A stretch of 64,000 bases of DNA from Methanobacteriota archaeon (GTDB lineage Archaea; Halobacteriota; Bog-38; Methanoflorentales; Methanoflorentaceae), in the NCBI GenBank assembly GCA_963719035.1, contig CAVRAO010000002.1, positions 384,001-448,000 of the forward strand, in the 5' to 3' direction. The notes under the pieces are model-generated. The model had not been told where the DNA came from and did no database searches. It saw only the letters and a list, made by a program, of their open reading frames with translations. Positions 44,332-54,773 of the stretch are shown here, piece after piece; the first letter of the stretch is position 1, and each line of letters begins with the position of its first letter. The translations under genes were made by a program, and so were the position numbers.

Positions 44332-46671
44332 GTGTCGAAATTCGGAGTCTTCTTATGTCGATGCGATGGAAACATCTCAAACTCAATCGATATTGATAGG
44401 TTAGATAAGGATTTCAAACGCACCAACGTTGTAGACTCGGATCAACACCTCTGTTCGCTACAAGGCCAGCAGAAGATCAAGAGATCCATTCACAAACACA
44501 ACCTCGATGGCGTTGTGATCGCTGCTTGTTCGCCTAACAATCATGGTAAGACCTTCAGGGGCTGTATACGCGAAGCAGGACTTAACCCGTATCTTCTTGA
44601 GATCACAAATATTAGAGAACAATGTTCGTGGGTCACCGATGACAGAAAGAGCGCTACCAAGAAAGCGCGCGACCTCATCAATGCGTCTCTACAACGGCTC
44701 GAGCACGCGGAATCCCTTTCTGAGTTTCGTGTTGACGTTACAAACGCCACTCTCGTGGTTGGCGGTGGCATCGCAGGAATCACTGCAGCGCTCGCCTTGG
44801 CAGAAAATGGCGTAAAAACGTATTTGGTTGAAAAAGAGCCCTCTATTGGAGGCAACACGGTAAGAATCGGAAAAGTTTTTTCGCCACACAAGATGGTGGA
44901 AGAGTGCGCGATGTGCTCACTGAGCCCATTAATGAATGATGTTTACGAAAATCAAAACATCGAACTCCTCACTGACGCTGAAATTGCCAACATAAACGGA
45001 ACTGCTGGTCACTTCAACGTCGACGTCAAAATCAAACCACAAAGCGTTAGTGAACGATGTACGAGCTGCGGGGAGTGTGCGACCGTTTGTCCAATCGAAG
45101 TGCCAGATTGGTGGAACGCCAACACACGAAAAAGAAAAGCTATCTATAAACCTTTTCCACAGGCCGTCCCTGATAGGTACACGATCGATGCAGAGCACTG
45201 TGTCAACTGTGGTAAATGCACAAAGGTATGCAAGTCCGATGCAATTGTGCTCGAAGCCGAACCTTCTCTTAGAAAAATAGAAGTCGGAGCTATCGTCATA
45301 GCAACGGGCCATGATGAGTTCGATCCAAGTTTGCGGCCTGAATATGGCTACGGTCGTTTTAAAGACGTTGTTACTCAGTTAGAGCTCGCTCGGATAATTG
45401 GCGTAAATGGGCCTACAAACGGTGAACTCTTAAGACCCTCTGACGGCACACAGCCCAAGCGAATAGTGATGATACAATGCGTCGGATCGAGGGACGAAAA
45501 GCCGAATGGATTGCCGTATTGCTCGTCCGTTTGTTGCATGGTCGCCCTCAAACATGCTAACTACATCACTGACTATTTTCCGGGAACTGATATAACAGTA
45601 CTTTATACTGACATTCGAGCTCCGGGAATCTATGAAAACTATTACAGGCACGTGCAAGAGAAGGGTGTCAAATTTATCCGCGGACGTGCGAGTGACGTGA
45701 AGCGTAAAGCGGACAAATTGTACGTAAGCGTTGAAGATACATTGCGTGGACAATGCCTCGAACTTGACGCAGACTTGGTGGTCCTTTCAACGGGCATCAA
45801 GCCTTCTCAAGGCACGATCCAAGTTGGGGAGACACTCGGTATCGAACTAAGTGATGCCTTGTTTGTCAAGGAAAAACACCCAAAACTTGAAGGCGCTAGT
45901 ACAAACACAAAAGGGATCTATGTATGCGGCACCGCCCAAGGTCCCAAAGATATCACCTATAGCGTTTTACAAGCAGATGCGGCCGCTCTCGAAGCGCTAT
46001 CGCTTGTTGGTCAGGACTACGTCTCAATAGAACCGCTTTCGGCCTTTGTTAAGGATAGCTGCAATGGTTGCGGTATGTGTGTACGGCAGTGCAAGAACAA
46101 TGCGATAAAGATGGTTGATCGCAGAGCGACGGTCGATCCGATGCTCTGCACCGGTGGCGGCGCGTGTGTACACGTTTGCCCTACTGCAGCACTTGATTTG
46201 CACGGGTGTACGGAAGCCCAACTTGAAGCTTCCATACGTGGAGTCCTTACAGGCAAGAGCGAAAAAGAGATAAGGAACATAGCGTTCTTAGATTCAAAAA
46301 TTGGGTACGCAGCAGCTGACAATATTGGCGCAGCACGGCTCCGCTACCCCCCTTCTATTCGGATCATAAGTGTGCCATCAGTGTTGCGACTCGCACCTCA
46401 ACACATTGATCTGGCGTTCCAATTGGGCGCTGATGGCGTTTTTATCGGACAAGGGTTCGAAGCCGAAAGTTGCGGTGAAAACTTCGAAAGTGTCGAAACG
46501 CGGCTCAACGATTTGAGCAAGAAAATTGTACAGCGTGGGATTGATCCCGCGCGATTAAAGATTTACCGCGTTTACATCCCGCACTTTGTGGGCTTGCACA
46601 AGCGTCTCATGCAGTTTGATGATAAGATCAAAGAGACTGGGGAGATGGAAGAGGAGCTCGCAACGCCTTAA
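44332..46671 (+). CDS. hdrA: Heterodisulfide reductase subunit A fused to a degenerate MvhD-like domain
   Basis: GVFLCRC, AACSP, NIREQCSW, GGGIAG FAD motif, inserted ferredoxin, QCVGSRD, CSSVCC, GPKDI; C-terminal GYAAADNIG..YP..GADGVF; GTG 44332 after GGAGG. Confidence 0.93.
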   Translation: MSKFGVFLCRCDGNISNSIDIDRLDKDFKRTNVVDSDQHLCSLQGQQKIKRSIHKHNLDGVVIAACSPNNHGKTFRGCIREAGLNPYLLEITNIREQCSWVTDDRKSATKKARDLINASLQRLEHAESLSEFRVDVTNATLVVGGGIAGITAALALAENGVKTYLVEKEPSIGGNTVRIGKVFSPHKMVEECAMCSLSPLMNDVYENQNIELLTDAEIANINGTAGHFNVDVKIKPQSVSERCTSCGECATVCPIEVPDWWNANTRKRKAIYKPFPQAVPDRYTIDAEHCVNCGKCTKVCKSDAIVLEAEPSLRKIEVGAIVIATGHDEFDPSLRPEYGYGRFKDVVTQLELARIIGVNGPTNGELLRPSDGTQPKRIVMIQCVGSRDEKPNGLPYCSSVCCMVALKHANYITDYFPGTDITVLYTDIRAPGIYENYYRHVQEKGVKFIRGRASDVKRKADKLYVSVEDTLRGQCLELDADLVVLSTGIKPSQGTIQVGETLGIELSDALFVKEKHPKLEGASTNTKGIYVCGTAQGPKDITYSVLQADAAALEALSLVGQDYVSIEPLSAFVKDSCNGCGMCVRQCKNNAIKMVDRRATVDPMLCTGGGACVHVCPTAALDLHGCTEAQLEASIRGVLTGKSEKEIRNIAFLDSKIGYAAADNIGAARLRYPPSIRIISVPSVLRLAPQHIDLAFQLGADGVFIGQGFEAESCGENFESVETRLNDLSKKIVQRGIDPARLKIYRVYIPHFVGLHKRLMQFDDKIKETGEMEEELATP

Positions 46672-46690
46672 GCCGATGCCATAAAATTTC

Positions 46691-47965
46691 ATGTCAAAAT
46701 CAAACGCGCCCATAAGAAGCATAGACGAGATTAACGCCAAGATAAGAGCCGGAGAAGTCACAGTTTGCACTGCCTCCGAGTTTTGCAACAGGGTGCGGGC
46801 TCACGACGAACTGAATGAAGTAGACGTAGTTACCAGCGGCACGATGGGCATTATGAGCGGAACCTACGCTACCTTGTCTTTTCGCGCCACGGCCCCAAAT
46901 GTCTTCGAGACGGCCCAAATGGCGTGGCTCAATGATGTGCCAGCTACCGTTGGTCCATGTCCGAACGAACGGCTCGGGTTGCTTGATTTGATGGTTTATG
47001 GGCCTACAGTGAGCCGGAGCGATACCAAATATGGGGGGGGCCATCTTTTTCGCGATATTGTGAAAGGGAACGATATCGACTTTGAAGTGCTAACAACGAT
47101 GGGGCAGCTCATAAAGGGACAAACTAACCTTCAAGAGATGCAATTTGCGAGGCTCTCAGCTACTCGAAACGTTTTTAAGAATTATAATGCATTCGTTAAC
47201 CCCAACGACGGTTGCGTCAAGTCCATTTTTTCTGTTACGTGTCTTGAGGGGCCATATAAAGAAGCAAGCTTCTGTGGATGCGGAGAGCTCAATCCTTTAG
47301 AGAAAGACCCTCACTTCGAAACTATCGGAGTTGGCACGAAAGCCCTGTTCAATGGTGCTGTAGGCTTCGTGACAGGGACGGGAACCCGTAGCTCTGCTCA
47401 GAAGCCGAACCTTTCAGGATATGCACCGCTAGAGGGTATGAACCCGAAATATGTTGGTGGCTTTAATACATCCGCAGGTCCCGACGTGTTCTGTTCGTGG
47501 GCAATCCCTATTCCAATTCTTAATACATCTATTCTTGAGCACGCAAGCCGGACAGATGATCAGATCCCCCTGCCAATCGTTGATGTGAATGGGCGCAAGC
47601 CGCTTGGTTATGCACGATACAGCGACGTCTGGCAGAAAGAATATGGGCGGATACGTTACTCAAAGAAAGAGTGCGCGAGTTGCGAAGAGTGTCAAGTCGC
47701 GAAGAATTGTCCAACCGCGGCATTCAAACCGAATGAAGGAATTGATCGTAAAGAATGCGTGCGGTGCGGTGCTTGCTTATTCTCGTGTCCGTATGGCGCT
47801 CTCAAAGGTAATCTGGGTGCTATCGATCTAAATGGGCAACAGATTCCAGTAACGCTGAGACAATCAGATCGATACAATGCAGACAAACTGACGCGAGAGC
47901 TCAAAAAGAAGATCGAGCAGGGTGAGTTTCTGCTGAGTACGCCAGTGCAAAATATCAAACTCTAG
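46691..47965 (+). CDS. Methanogenesis marker 16 metalloprotein (putative coenzyme M synthase, ComF; aspartate-semialdehyde sulfurtransferase family)
   Basis: SIDEINAKI..VDVVTSGTMGIMSGT, GPCPNERLG, YGGGHLF, GCGELNPL..DP; C-terminal 2x[4Fe-4S]; LRQSDR. Confidence 0.88.
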   Translation: MSKSNAPIRSIDEINAKIRAGEVTVCTASEFCNRVRAHDELNEVDVVTSGTMGIMSGTYATLSFRATAPNVFETAQMAWLNDVPATVGPCPNERLGLLDLMVYGPTVSRSDTKYGGGHLFRDIVKGNDIDFEVLTTMGQLIKGQTNLQEMQFARLSATRNVFKNYNAFVNPNDGCVKSIFSVTCLEGPYKEASFCGCGELNPLEKDPHFETIGVGTKALFNGAVGFVTGTGTRSSAQKPNLSGYAPLEGMNPKYVGGFNTSAGPDVFCSWAIPIPILNTSILEHASRTDDQIPLPIVDVNGRKPLGYARYSDVWQKEYGRIRYSKKECASCEECQVAKNCPTAAFKPNEGIDRKECVRCGACLFSCPYGALKGNLGAIDLNGQQIPVTLRQSDRYNADKLTRELKKKIEQGEFLLSTPVQNIKL

Positions 47966-48151
47966 TTGACTAACGTATTTCATCGTTTGCTTTTTTGTGC
48001 CTCTAATGTATATTAACGCCGAGCTCAAGGTCGACAAAGCCTGACAAGCCCCGAGAGCTTGGTGAAAAAAGATCCATTGCAGTTGCAGAAAGAGCGATAA
48101 CACGTCTTAGTGAATAGAAGTAATATAGGGTTACAGCATACTCAATACGAA

Positions 48152-48225
48152 GGGGCCATAGGGTAGCCTGGTTATCCTTGGGGACTGGGGGTCCTCAGAC
48201 CCGAGTTCAAATCTCGGTGGCCCCA
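48152..48225 (+). tRNA. tRNA-Pro(GGG)
   Basis: GGGGCCA/TGGCCCC acceptor; anticodon loop CT-GGG-GG; CCGAG-TTCAAAT-CTCGG T arm. Confidence 0.95.
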
Positions 48226-48432
48226 CTGCTTAAATCTCACATTAACTGAGGGAGGTCGCCCCTGCAAAAGTTATTAAATAGCGCGCGCAACATAAAGAAG
48301 TATAGAATCTAGAGATTGCCAGCAGCGTTTTATGTGCATTTAAAGGTGCTCCCGATTTGGATTGAGCATTGCAGACGCAACATATTTTGCTAATTTATTG
48401 AATCACAGAAGATCTGTTTAGGAGCAAAAAAA

Positions 48433-49474
48433 GTGCCGATTGGGATTACAACTGTACGGCGTGTACATACCCCGATACAGGATCAGAGTCGAAGAGATTG
48501 CACGAGTGTGGGGAGATGACCCCAACGACATTAAAAAAGGATTGCGCGTTTTAGAAAAATCAGTCCCAGACCGAGATGAAGATACTGCTACCATCGCGGT
48601 CGAAGCTGCTCGCTCAGCCCTACGTCGATCTGGCTTAGAGGGTGCTGACATTGGAGCGATATATGTCGGCAGCGAATCTCACCCTTATGCGGTCAAACCG
48701 ACGGCGACGATCGTTGCTGAAGCGGTTCGGGCAACACCAGAGCTTATGGCTGCTGACTTTGAATTCGCGTGCAAAGCGGGAACTGCTGCAATACAGACGT
48801 GCTTAGGGCTGGTCGCTGCTGATTACATCAAATACGGCATGGCGATAGGAGCGGACACCTCTCAAGGAGCGCCCGCAGATGCCCTTGAATATACCGCAGC
48901 CGCAGGTGGTGCAGCTTACGTCATAGGAAAGAACCACGTCATTGCTGAAATTGAGGACACATATTCATTCACAACTGACACATTTGACTTTTGGAGGCGC
49001 GAAGGCCAGCAATATCCAAAGCACGGGGGGAGGTTTACGGGTGAGCCGGGCTATTTCAAGCACGTTTTGGCAGGAGCGCGAGGATTGCTGGAAAAGACAC
49101 ACAGCACACCAGAGGACTTCGACTATGTGGTCTTTCATCAACCAAACGGCAAGTTCCCACGCTCGGTTGCCTCTACGCTTGGTTTTTCACAAGATCAGCT
49201 AAAACAAGGTCTCGTGGTAGAACGATTGGGCAATGCATACTCCGGGTCAGCGCTGATTGGATTAGCGTCGGTGCTAGATGTTGCTGAACCTGGGAGTCGC
49301 ATCTTTATGACCGCGTTTGGATCGGGGGCGGGCAGTGATTCGTTCACCATTAAGGTGACAAAGGAGATCAGCAGTATCCAAGGTCTTGCTCCAACTGTCG
49401 CAGAGCTGCTTGAAGCCCCAATTTATCTAGATTATGCACTTTACGCTAAACACAAGAATAAGATAGTGCTCTAA
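48433..49474 (+). CDS. Hydroxymethylglutaryl-CoA synthase (probable GTG start 48433 with +1 frameshift near 48452)
   Basis: [33 protein letters not shown]; GGAG-GTG CCG ATT GGG ATT matches the expected xGI..YG N-terminus. Confidence 0.95.
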
Positions 49475-49503
49475 GGGTTAACCATACAACAAAACGATTT
49501 ACG

Positions 49504-50667
49504 ATGAGAGAAGTAGCCATCGTCGGTATAGGATGCACAAAATTCGGCGAAATGTGGGATAAAAGCTTTCGCGACCTGTTTATCGAAGCAGGCTTGATGG
49601 CTCTTGCAGATGCCCGAGTGAGCGGTGCGCAGATAGAGGCACTTTATGGCGGAAACATGAGCTCAGGAATATTCCTCGAGCAAGAGCACGTCGGGGCGCT
49701 TATCGCAGACTATTCCGGACTTACTGCAAATAATGTGCCAAGCACCCGGGTGGAAGCGGCGTGTGCCTCAGGGGGCCTCGCGCTGCGGAGCGGGATAATC
49801 GCGGTCGCTTCAGGCTACCACGACGTCGTCATCTCAGCGGGTATAGAAAAGATGACCGACATCGGCGCGGAAAAAGCAATGGATGCGCTCGCGGCCGCTG
49901 CTGACAGGGAGTGGGAGGCTGCAGTCGGCGCTACTTTCCCTGGGCTGTATGCCATGATGGCCCGGGCGCATATGCATGAATTTGGGACCACGCGAGAGCA
50001 GCTCGCCCAAGTCGCCGTCAAAAACCATTACAACGGTTCGATGAACCCTCGAGCACAATTCAGAAACAGAATCACGATAGAAACGGTAATCAATTCGCCA
50101 CTCGTCGCTGATCCTCTTAGGCTTTTTGACTGCAGTCCTATAACGGATGGCGCAGCTGCCGTCGTATTAGTTCCTGCCGCAAGGGCGAAAGAATTCACAG
50201 ACACACCTATTTATATCAAAGCAGCCGCTCAAGCAAGCGATAGTATCTCTTTGCACGACCGAAGGAGCTTGACAAGCATAGACGCGACTACCGTTGCAGC
50301 GGATCGTGCCTTCAAGATGACAAAGCTGCAAAGGTCAAAAATAGACGTGGCTGAAGTACATGACTGCTTTACTATCGCTGAAATAATGGCAATTGAAGAT
50401 CTAGGATTCTTCGAAAAGGGGGCAGGTGGCCCTGCAACAATTGCAGGCGAGACGGCTATTGGTGGTAAGATTCCAATTAATACGAGTGGTGGGCTAAAGG
50501 CTTGTGGGCATCCCGTCGGTGCTACAGGGGTCAAGCAAGCTGTAGAGATCGTTGAGCAACTCAGAGGCGATGCCGGAAAAAGGCAGGTTGATGGAGCTGA
50601 AGTTGGGTTAACCCACAACGTTGGCGGCACAGGTGGCACTGTAGTCGTCCATATTCTAGCGAGGTGA
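49504..50667 (+). CDS. Acetyl-CoA acetyltransferase (thiolase)
   Basis: [25 protein letters not shown]. Confidence 0.95.
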   Translation: MREVAIVGIGCTKFGEMWDKSFRDLFIEAGLMALADARVSGAQIEALYGGNMSSGIFLEQEHVGALIADYSGLTANNVPSTRVEAACASGGLALRSGIIAVASGYHDVVISAGIEKMTDIGAEKAMDALAAAADREWEAAVGATFPGLYAMMARAHMHEFGTTREQLAQVAVKNHYNGSMNPRAQFRNRITIETVINSPLVADPLRLFDCSPITDGAAAVVLVPAARAKEFTDTPIYIKAAAQASDSISLHDRRSLTSIDATTVAADRAFKMTKLQRSKIDVAEVHDCFTIAEIMAIEDLGFFEKGAGGPATIAGETAIGGKIPINTSGGLKACGHPVGATGVKQAVEIVEQLRGDAGKRQVDGAEVGLTHNVGGTGGTVVVHILAR

Positions 50668-50671
50668 CTGG

Positions 50672-51061
50672 ATGACCGTCCCACGTTTTTGGAGAGAAAT
50701 TCCGAATAGGTATAATCTTGTCGGCACAAAATGTGAAAATTGTAACACCTACTACTTCCCTCCACGAACTATATGCCCTCCGTGCAGGCGGAAAGGATGG
50801 ATTCGAGAATATGCATTCGAAGGCAGCGGAGAAATTGTGACGTATACTACAATATACACAGCTCCCGAAAGTTTCACCAAGATGACCCCTTACGTTCTAG
50901 CTATCGTCCAACTCGATGAAGGGCCTAAACTCACAGCTCAAATCGTTTGCGATCCGTCAGAAGTCAAGATTGGCGCGCGGGTTAGATCAGTATTTAGAAA
51001 ACTTGGAGAGGACGGACCCGACGGCGTGATCTATTACGGCACGAAATTCACGCTTGCTTGA
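50672..51061 (+). CDS. DUF35 Zn-ribbon/OB-fold scaffold of the thiolase-HMGCS complex
   Basis: RFWR, CENC..FPPR..CPPC, YGTKF; follows the thiolase. Confidence 0.92.
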   Translation: MTVPRFWREIPNRYNLVGTKCENCNTYYFPPRTICPPCRRKGWIREYAFEGSGEIVTYTTIYTAPESFTKMTPYVLAIVQLDEGPKLTAQIVCDPSEVKIGARVRSVFRKLGEDGPDGVIYYGTKFTLA

Positions 51062-51225
51062 AAGTTCTCTCTTTACCATTTCTCACCTGAAAGCTTTTTT
51101 AAATAGATATTTTTGAATAATAAGTCGCGTCAAAAGTGACAGCGTTTTTCACAGCTTCAGCGACAACCGCTACTGCAGCCAAGTGAATCAAAGTCAATTG
51201 AGCTCTGATTGAGCAGGTTTTGTCT

Positions 51226-52425
51226 TTACCGACCGAGAGTTGCATGCGCTCTCGCGAGGTGGTGAGTAGCAAGCGCAGCTAAAAGAGAGAGTTCCCCAGC
51301 AAGCACAGCGCAACAGGCTATCTCAGCGAATTTTTTGGCGTGGGTTCCCGGTGGCGTCCCCCCACCTGCTACGTTCATAATTGATAAACACTCTTGCTGC
51401 GTTTTGACGGTCGTTCCTCCCCCTACTGTGCCAACGGGTAATGAAGGAATGCTCACTGACGCGTAGAGTTCATCTCCGCGCGTAGAGAGACTTGTTATTG
51501 CCGTTGACGCCTCAACTACATGGGCAGCATCCTGACCGGTTGCAATAAATATCGCAGCAACAACATTTGCTGCATGGGCGTTGAATCCTAGCGATCCGGC
51601 TTTAATAGACCCCAGCACGTTTTTTCGATAATGAACATCCGACATGCTTTCAGGTGTCGTTTTCAGCGCACGCTTGAGAACGTCGCGAGGTATAGAAATT
51701 TCAGCAATGACATTTTTGCCTCGGCCTTCAATTAAGTTTAAGGCCGCGGGTTTCTTGTCTATGCACATATTGCCCGAAAGTGCAACGAGCCGTATGTTAA
51801 GCTCATCCACGATAACGTCAGCAAGTCGGTCAGTAGCAATCGTGACCATATTCATACCAAGGGCGTCTTTGGTGTCAAACGCGCACCGTAAGAAGACGTT
51901 ATCAGCTACGACATAAGGGTCTATCCTGATGAGTCTGCCGTGCTTAGTGGTCCCCTCTGTTGCTTTTTGCAGCTTAGCAAAGTTGGCTGGTTTTTTGACC
52001 CACTCAACAACGCGCTGCGCTTCACCTATATCACTAACTGCAAAGACTGGAGCGCGAGTCATTTCATCGTTGAGAATACGAACGCACGCGCCGCCAGCTT
52101 CCGTTATCGCCTTACAGCCCCTGTTCACAGACGCGACAAGGGCCCCCTCAGTCGTAGCTAAAGGCACATAAAACTCCCCGTTAGCATATTGACCCGCAAC
52201 ACCTAAAGGCCCAGCAATGCCAACGGGCACTTGAACGGCCCCGATCATGTTTTCTATGTTACGTTTTGAGGACGATTCAGCATCTATAACGTACGCGCTT
52301 ATTCCGCCTAAGTCAGCGCCAGTCAGCTTTTCGACCGCCTTGCGCCTGATTTCGACGGCCTCGGAGGCGGGAAGGTCAACCTGATGCATTCCTAACTTAC
52401 CCGCTATTATTTTATTAACAAGCAA
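51226..52425 (-). CDS. hmgA: HMG-CoA reductase (class I)
   Basis: ENMIG, ATTEGALVAS, DALGMNM, DKKP, TGQDAAH, GTVGGGT. Confidence 0.96.
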   Translation of the reverse strand: MLVNKIIAGKLGMHQVDLPASEAVEIRRKAVEKLTGADLGGISAYVIDAESSSKRNIENMIGAVQVPVGIAGPLGVAGQYANGEFYVPLATTEGALVASVNRGCKAITEAGGACVRILNDEMTRAPVFAVSDIGEAQRVVEWVKKPANFAKLQKATEGTTKHGRLIRIDPYVVADNVFLRCAFDTKDALGMNMVTIATDRLADVIVDELNIRLVALSGNMCIDKKPAALNLIEGRGKNVIAEISIPRDVLKRALKTTPESMSDVHYRKNVLGSIKAGSLGFNAHAANVVAAIFIATGQDAAHVVEASTAITSLSTRGDELYASVSIPSLPVGTVGGGTTVKTQQECLSIMNVAGGGTPPGTHAKKFAEIACCAVLAGELSLLAALATHHLARAHATLGR

Positions 52426-52608
52426 CTCCGCATCTCTAATGGAGAGTCCCCCTCTAGTTTGTGCCAGCCAGTACTTCAGACGAAAACATGGCGCCTATAG
52501 TGAATAAGCCTAAAAGCTTGTTTTTTAGCCTCTGTCTGAGCTTAACGGCGTCATCCTTCGACTCAAAATATTTATAGAGTAACCTAGTATATAAATGTGA
52601 ATTTCGAT

Positions 52609-52705
52609 GCCTCAGTGGCTAAGCCTGGTATAGCGCGTCCTTGGTACGTTTCTACAATCGAACACAGAAAGGACGAGGTCGCGGATTCGAATTCCGCCTG
52701 AGGCT
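52609..52705 (+). tRNA. tRNA-Thr(GGU) with 23-nt intron at 37/38 (52647-52669)
   Basis: GCCTCAG/CTGAGGC acceptor; CGTCC-TT-GGT-A|intron|A-GGACG; GCGGA-TTCGAAT-TCCGC; followed by a T-run. Confidence 0.9.
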
Positions 52706-52735
52706 TTTTCTTCGTCCTAAAAAAATGCTAAAACC

Positions 52736-53638
52736 ATGTTCATAGGCGTTGACCACGGCACCCAAGCTGTTCGTTTTGCCACCCTAGATAACAGAAAGCT
52801 TGAACTTCCGAGAGAGAACATAGTCGAATCTTCCGTCATAAACGATGTCGAAGAGGGGTTAAATCTCAAACTTGAGTTCGTCAACCTTATTGGTCTCACG
52901 TACTCTATGGGAGACGGTATTACCAACATCACTAACATCAAAAAGGTCAGCAACAGGGGCCTCAAAGCTTCCGGCGGAGCCGGAACTTATGTTGGGGGAG
53001 GTACAGCGGTCTATGATGCGATTTACAGTTCGGATGCGCCTGCTATCGTATTGCCGGGAATCCACGATGAGTCAAATATAGACTCTCGAATGAAGTTCTT
53101 CTCTCACGGTGCTTCACCAGAAAAAGTTGGCTTGGCCTACTACGCCTTAAAGCATCACAATGAACAAGACTTCATTCTTTGCGACATAAGTTCGAACACG
53201 GTATCTCTCGCCGTCGCTGAATCGCGTATCATCGGAGCAATTGATGCTGCAATATTTGCCCCTGGAGTTGTGCAAGGGCCATTGGACCTCCAAGCGATAA
53301 GGGACGTTGACAGCGGATTTATGACCGCTAACGAAGCTTTTTCTCACGGCGGTCTTTTAAAACGTCACCTTGATGAGAGCGGTATGATAGAGACCTTAGC
53401 ATTGTTTGCAGCTATGGAGATCAGCGCATTGCAGGTTCTCCTGCGCGATTATACGACAGATGGCTCGATATTCTTGGCGGGTTCCGCATCGCCTAACATT
53501 AAGGATCTGTTGGAAGAGCACCTTAGCATTCCTTCAATTGTACTTGAGCCTTGGAGCGCTGCAAAGGGTTGCGCCACTGTCGCCAAAGACGTATGGGAGG
53601 GCGCCTCCGACATTTTAGGGATCCCGGTCGATCTCTGA
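52736..53638 (+). CDS. Methanogenesis marker 12 protein
   Basis: MFIGVDHGT, YSMGDG, GGGT, SHGASPEK, DISSNTV, GPLDL ASKHA-type motifs. Confidence 0.85.
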   Translation: MFIGVDHGTQAVRFATLDNRKLELPRENIVESSVINDVEEGLNLKLEFVNLIGLTYSMGDGITNITNIKKVSNRGLKASGGAGTYVGGGTAVYDAIYSSDAPAIVLPGIHDESNIDSRMKFFSHGASPEKVGLAYYALKHHNEQDFILCDISSNTVSLAVAESRIIGAIDAAIFAPGVVQGPLDLQAIRDVDSGFMTANEAFSHGGLLKRHLDESGMIETLALFAAMEISALQVLLRDYTTDGSIFLAGSASPNIKDLLEEHLSIPSIVLEPWSAAKGCATVAKDVWEGASDILGIPVDL

Positions 53639-53821
53639 CCGAACTGATCATACATCGCTTTAACAACAAAGCATCCAGTCGCACCTCTTAAACTGCGGAA
53701 ACTGATCAAATAATTGTTTCAAATTACTCGAAATCGTTAAAAGAGCGTTTATATCACAAGACAACGTTAGAAAAAATTAAAGCAGATTGAACGTCTAAAG
53801 ATGAGCAATGGAGGCCATTAA

Positions 53822-54772
53822 GTGAAAGAGGTACGCATACATGGCAGAGGCGGTCAGGGCTCCGTCACCGCCGCTGAACTACTCGCAGTCGCAGCTTTCG
53901 AGGATGGAAAATTTAGTCAAGCATTCCCCTTTTTTGGCGTTGAGAGACGCGGTGCACCGGTCACAGCATTTGCACGCCTAAGTGATAAGAAAATTCGACT
54001 GAGAAGCCAGATCTACGAACCTGACTATGTTATCGTTCAAGACGCAACGCTGATTTCAGCCGTTGATGTTACCGCTGGACTAAAGCCTGACGGAATCGTA
54101 ATCGTTAACTCCGAAAAATCAGCTGAAGACGTTGGACTCGACGCAGGGATCGATGTACGGACGATCGATGCTACAGGATTAGCTTTGGATATTATCGGCA
54201 GGCCGATCGTTAACACAACCTTGCTAGGCGCATTCGCAGGCGGCACCGGTGAGATCGGTATCGATTCGATCAAGCAATCGATTCTTGCTCGATTTCCTGG
54301 AAAAATCGGCGAAGTGAACGTGCAAGCTGCCGAAAAAGCCTACCAGCTTACGGCGTCCGCCAAAAGAAAGCCGCATAAAAAGATTAAATCTCGGAAAAAG
54401 GTCGCTGTTACAAAGGAATCGGAAAAAATCCAGATGGGGGCAATCGGAAAGCCCGGAACCTCAGAAGTCACACGAACTGGCGATTGGCGAACTTTTTACC
54501 CTGAATTTGACATGGAGCAATGCACTCGCTGCGGCAAATGTCAAGAGAGTTGTCCTGACGCGGCCATCCATGAGCGAGAGTTAAGCGGTCGCGAAGCCAC
54601 AGAGGCCCTAAAGAGAGCAGAAGATCTTGAAAAAGCGGGTAAAATAAAGAAGGCTGCTGCTAAGAAGGCACATATTCGGTATGAACTAGATCCGACATAT
54701 TGCAAAGGGTGTGGGATATGCGCTAACGAGTGCCCGATTCAAGGTATCAAGATGAAGCTGGAGGAAAAGTAG
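53822..54772 (+). CDS. Pyruvate:ferredoxin oxidoreductase gamma-delta fusion
   Basis: [17 protein letters not shown] (gamma), then [29 protein letters not shown] (delta). Confidence 0.88.
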   Translation: MKEVRIHGRGGQGSVTAAELLAVAAFEDGKFSQAFPFFGVERRGAPVTAFARLSDKKIRLRSQIYEPDYVIVQDATLISAVDVTAGLKPDGIVIVNSEKSAEDVGLDAGIDVRTIDATGLALDIIGRPIVNTTLLGAFAGGTGEIGIDSIKQSILARFPGKIGEVNVQAAEKAYQLTASAKRKPHKKIKSRKKVAVTKESEKIQMGAIGKPGTSEVTRTGDWRTFYPEFDMEQCTRCGKCQESCPDAAIHERELSGREATEALKRAEDLEKAGKIKKAAAKKAHIRYELDPTYCKGCGICANECPIQGIKMKLEEK

Positions 54773-54773
54773 C

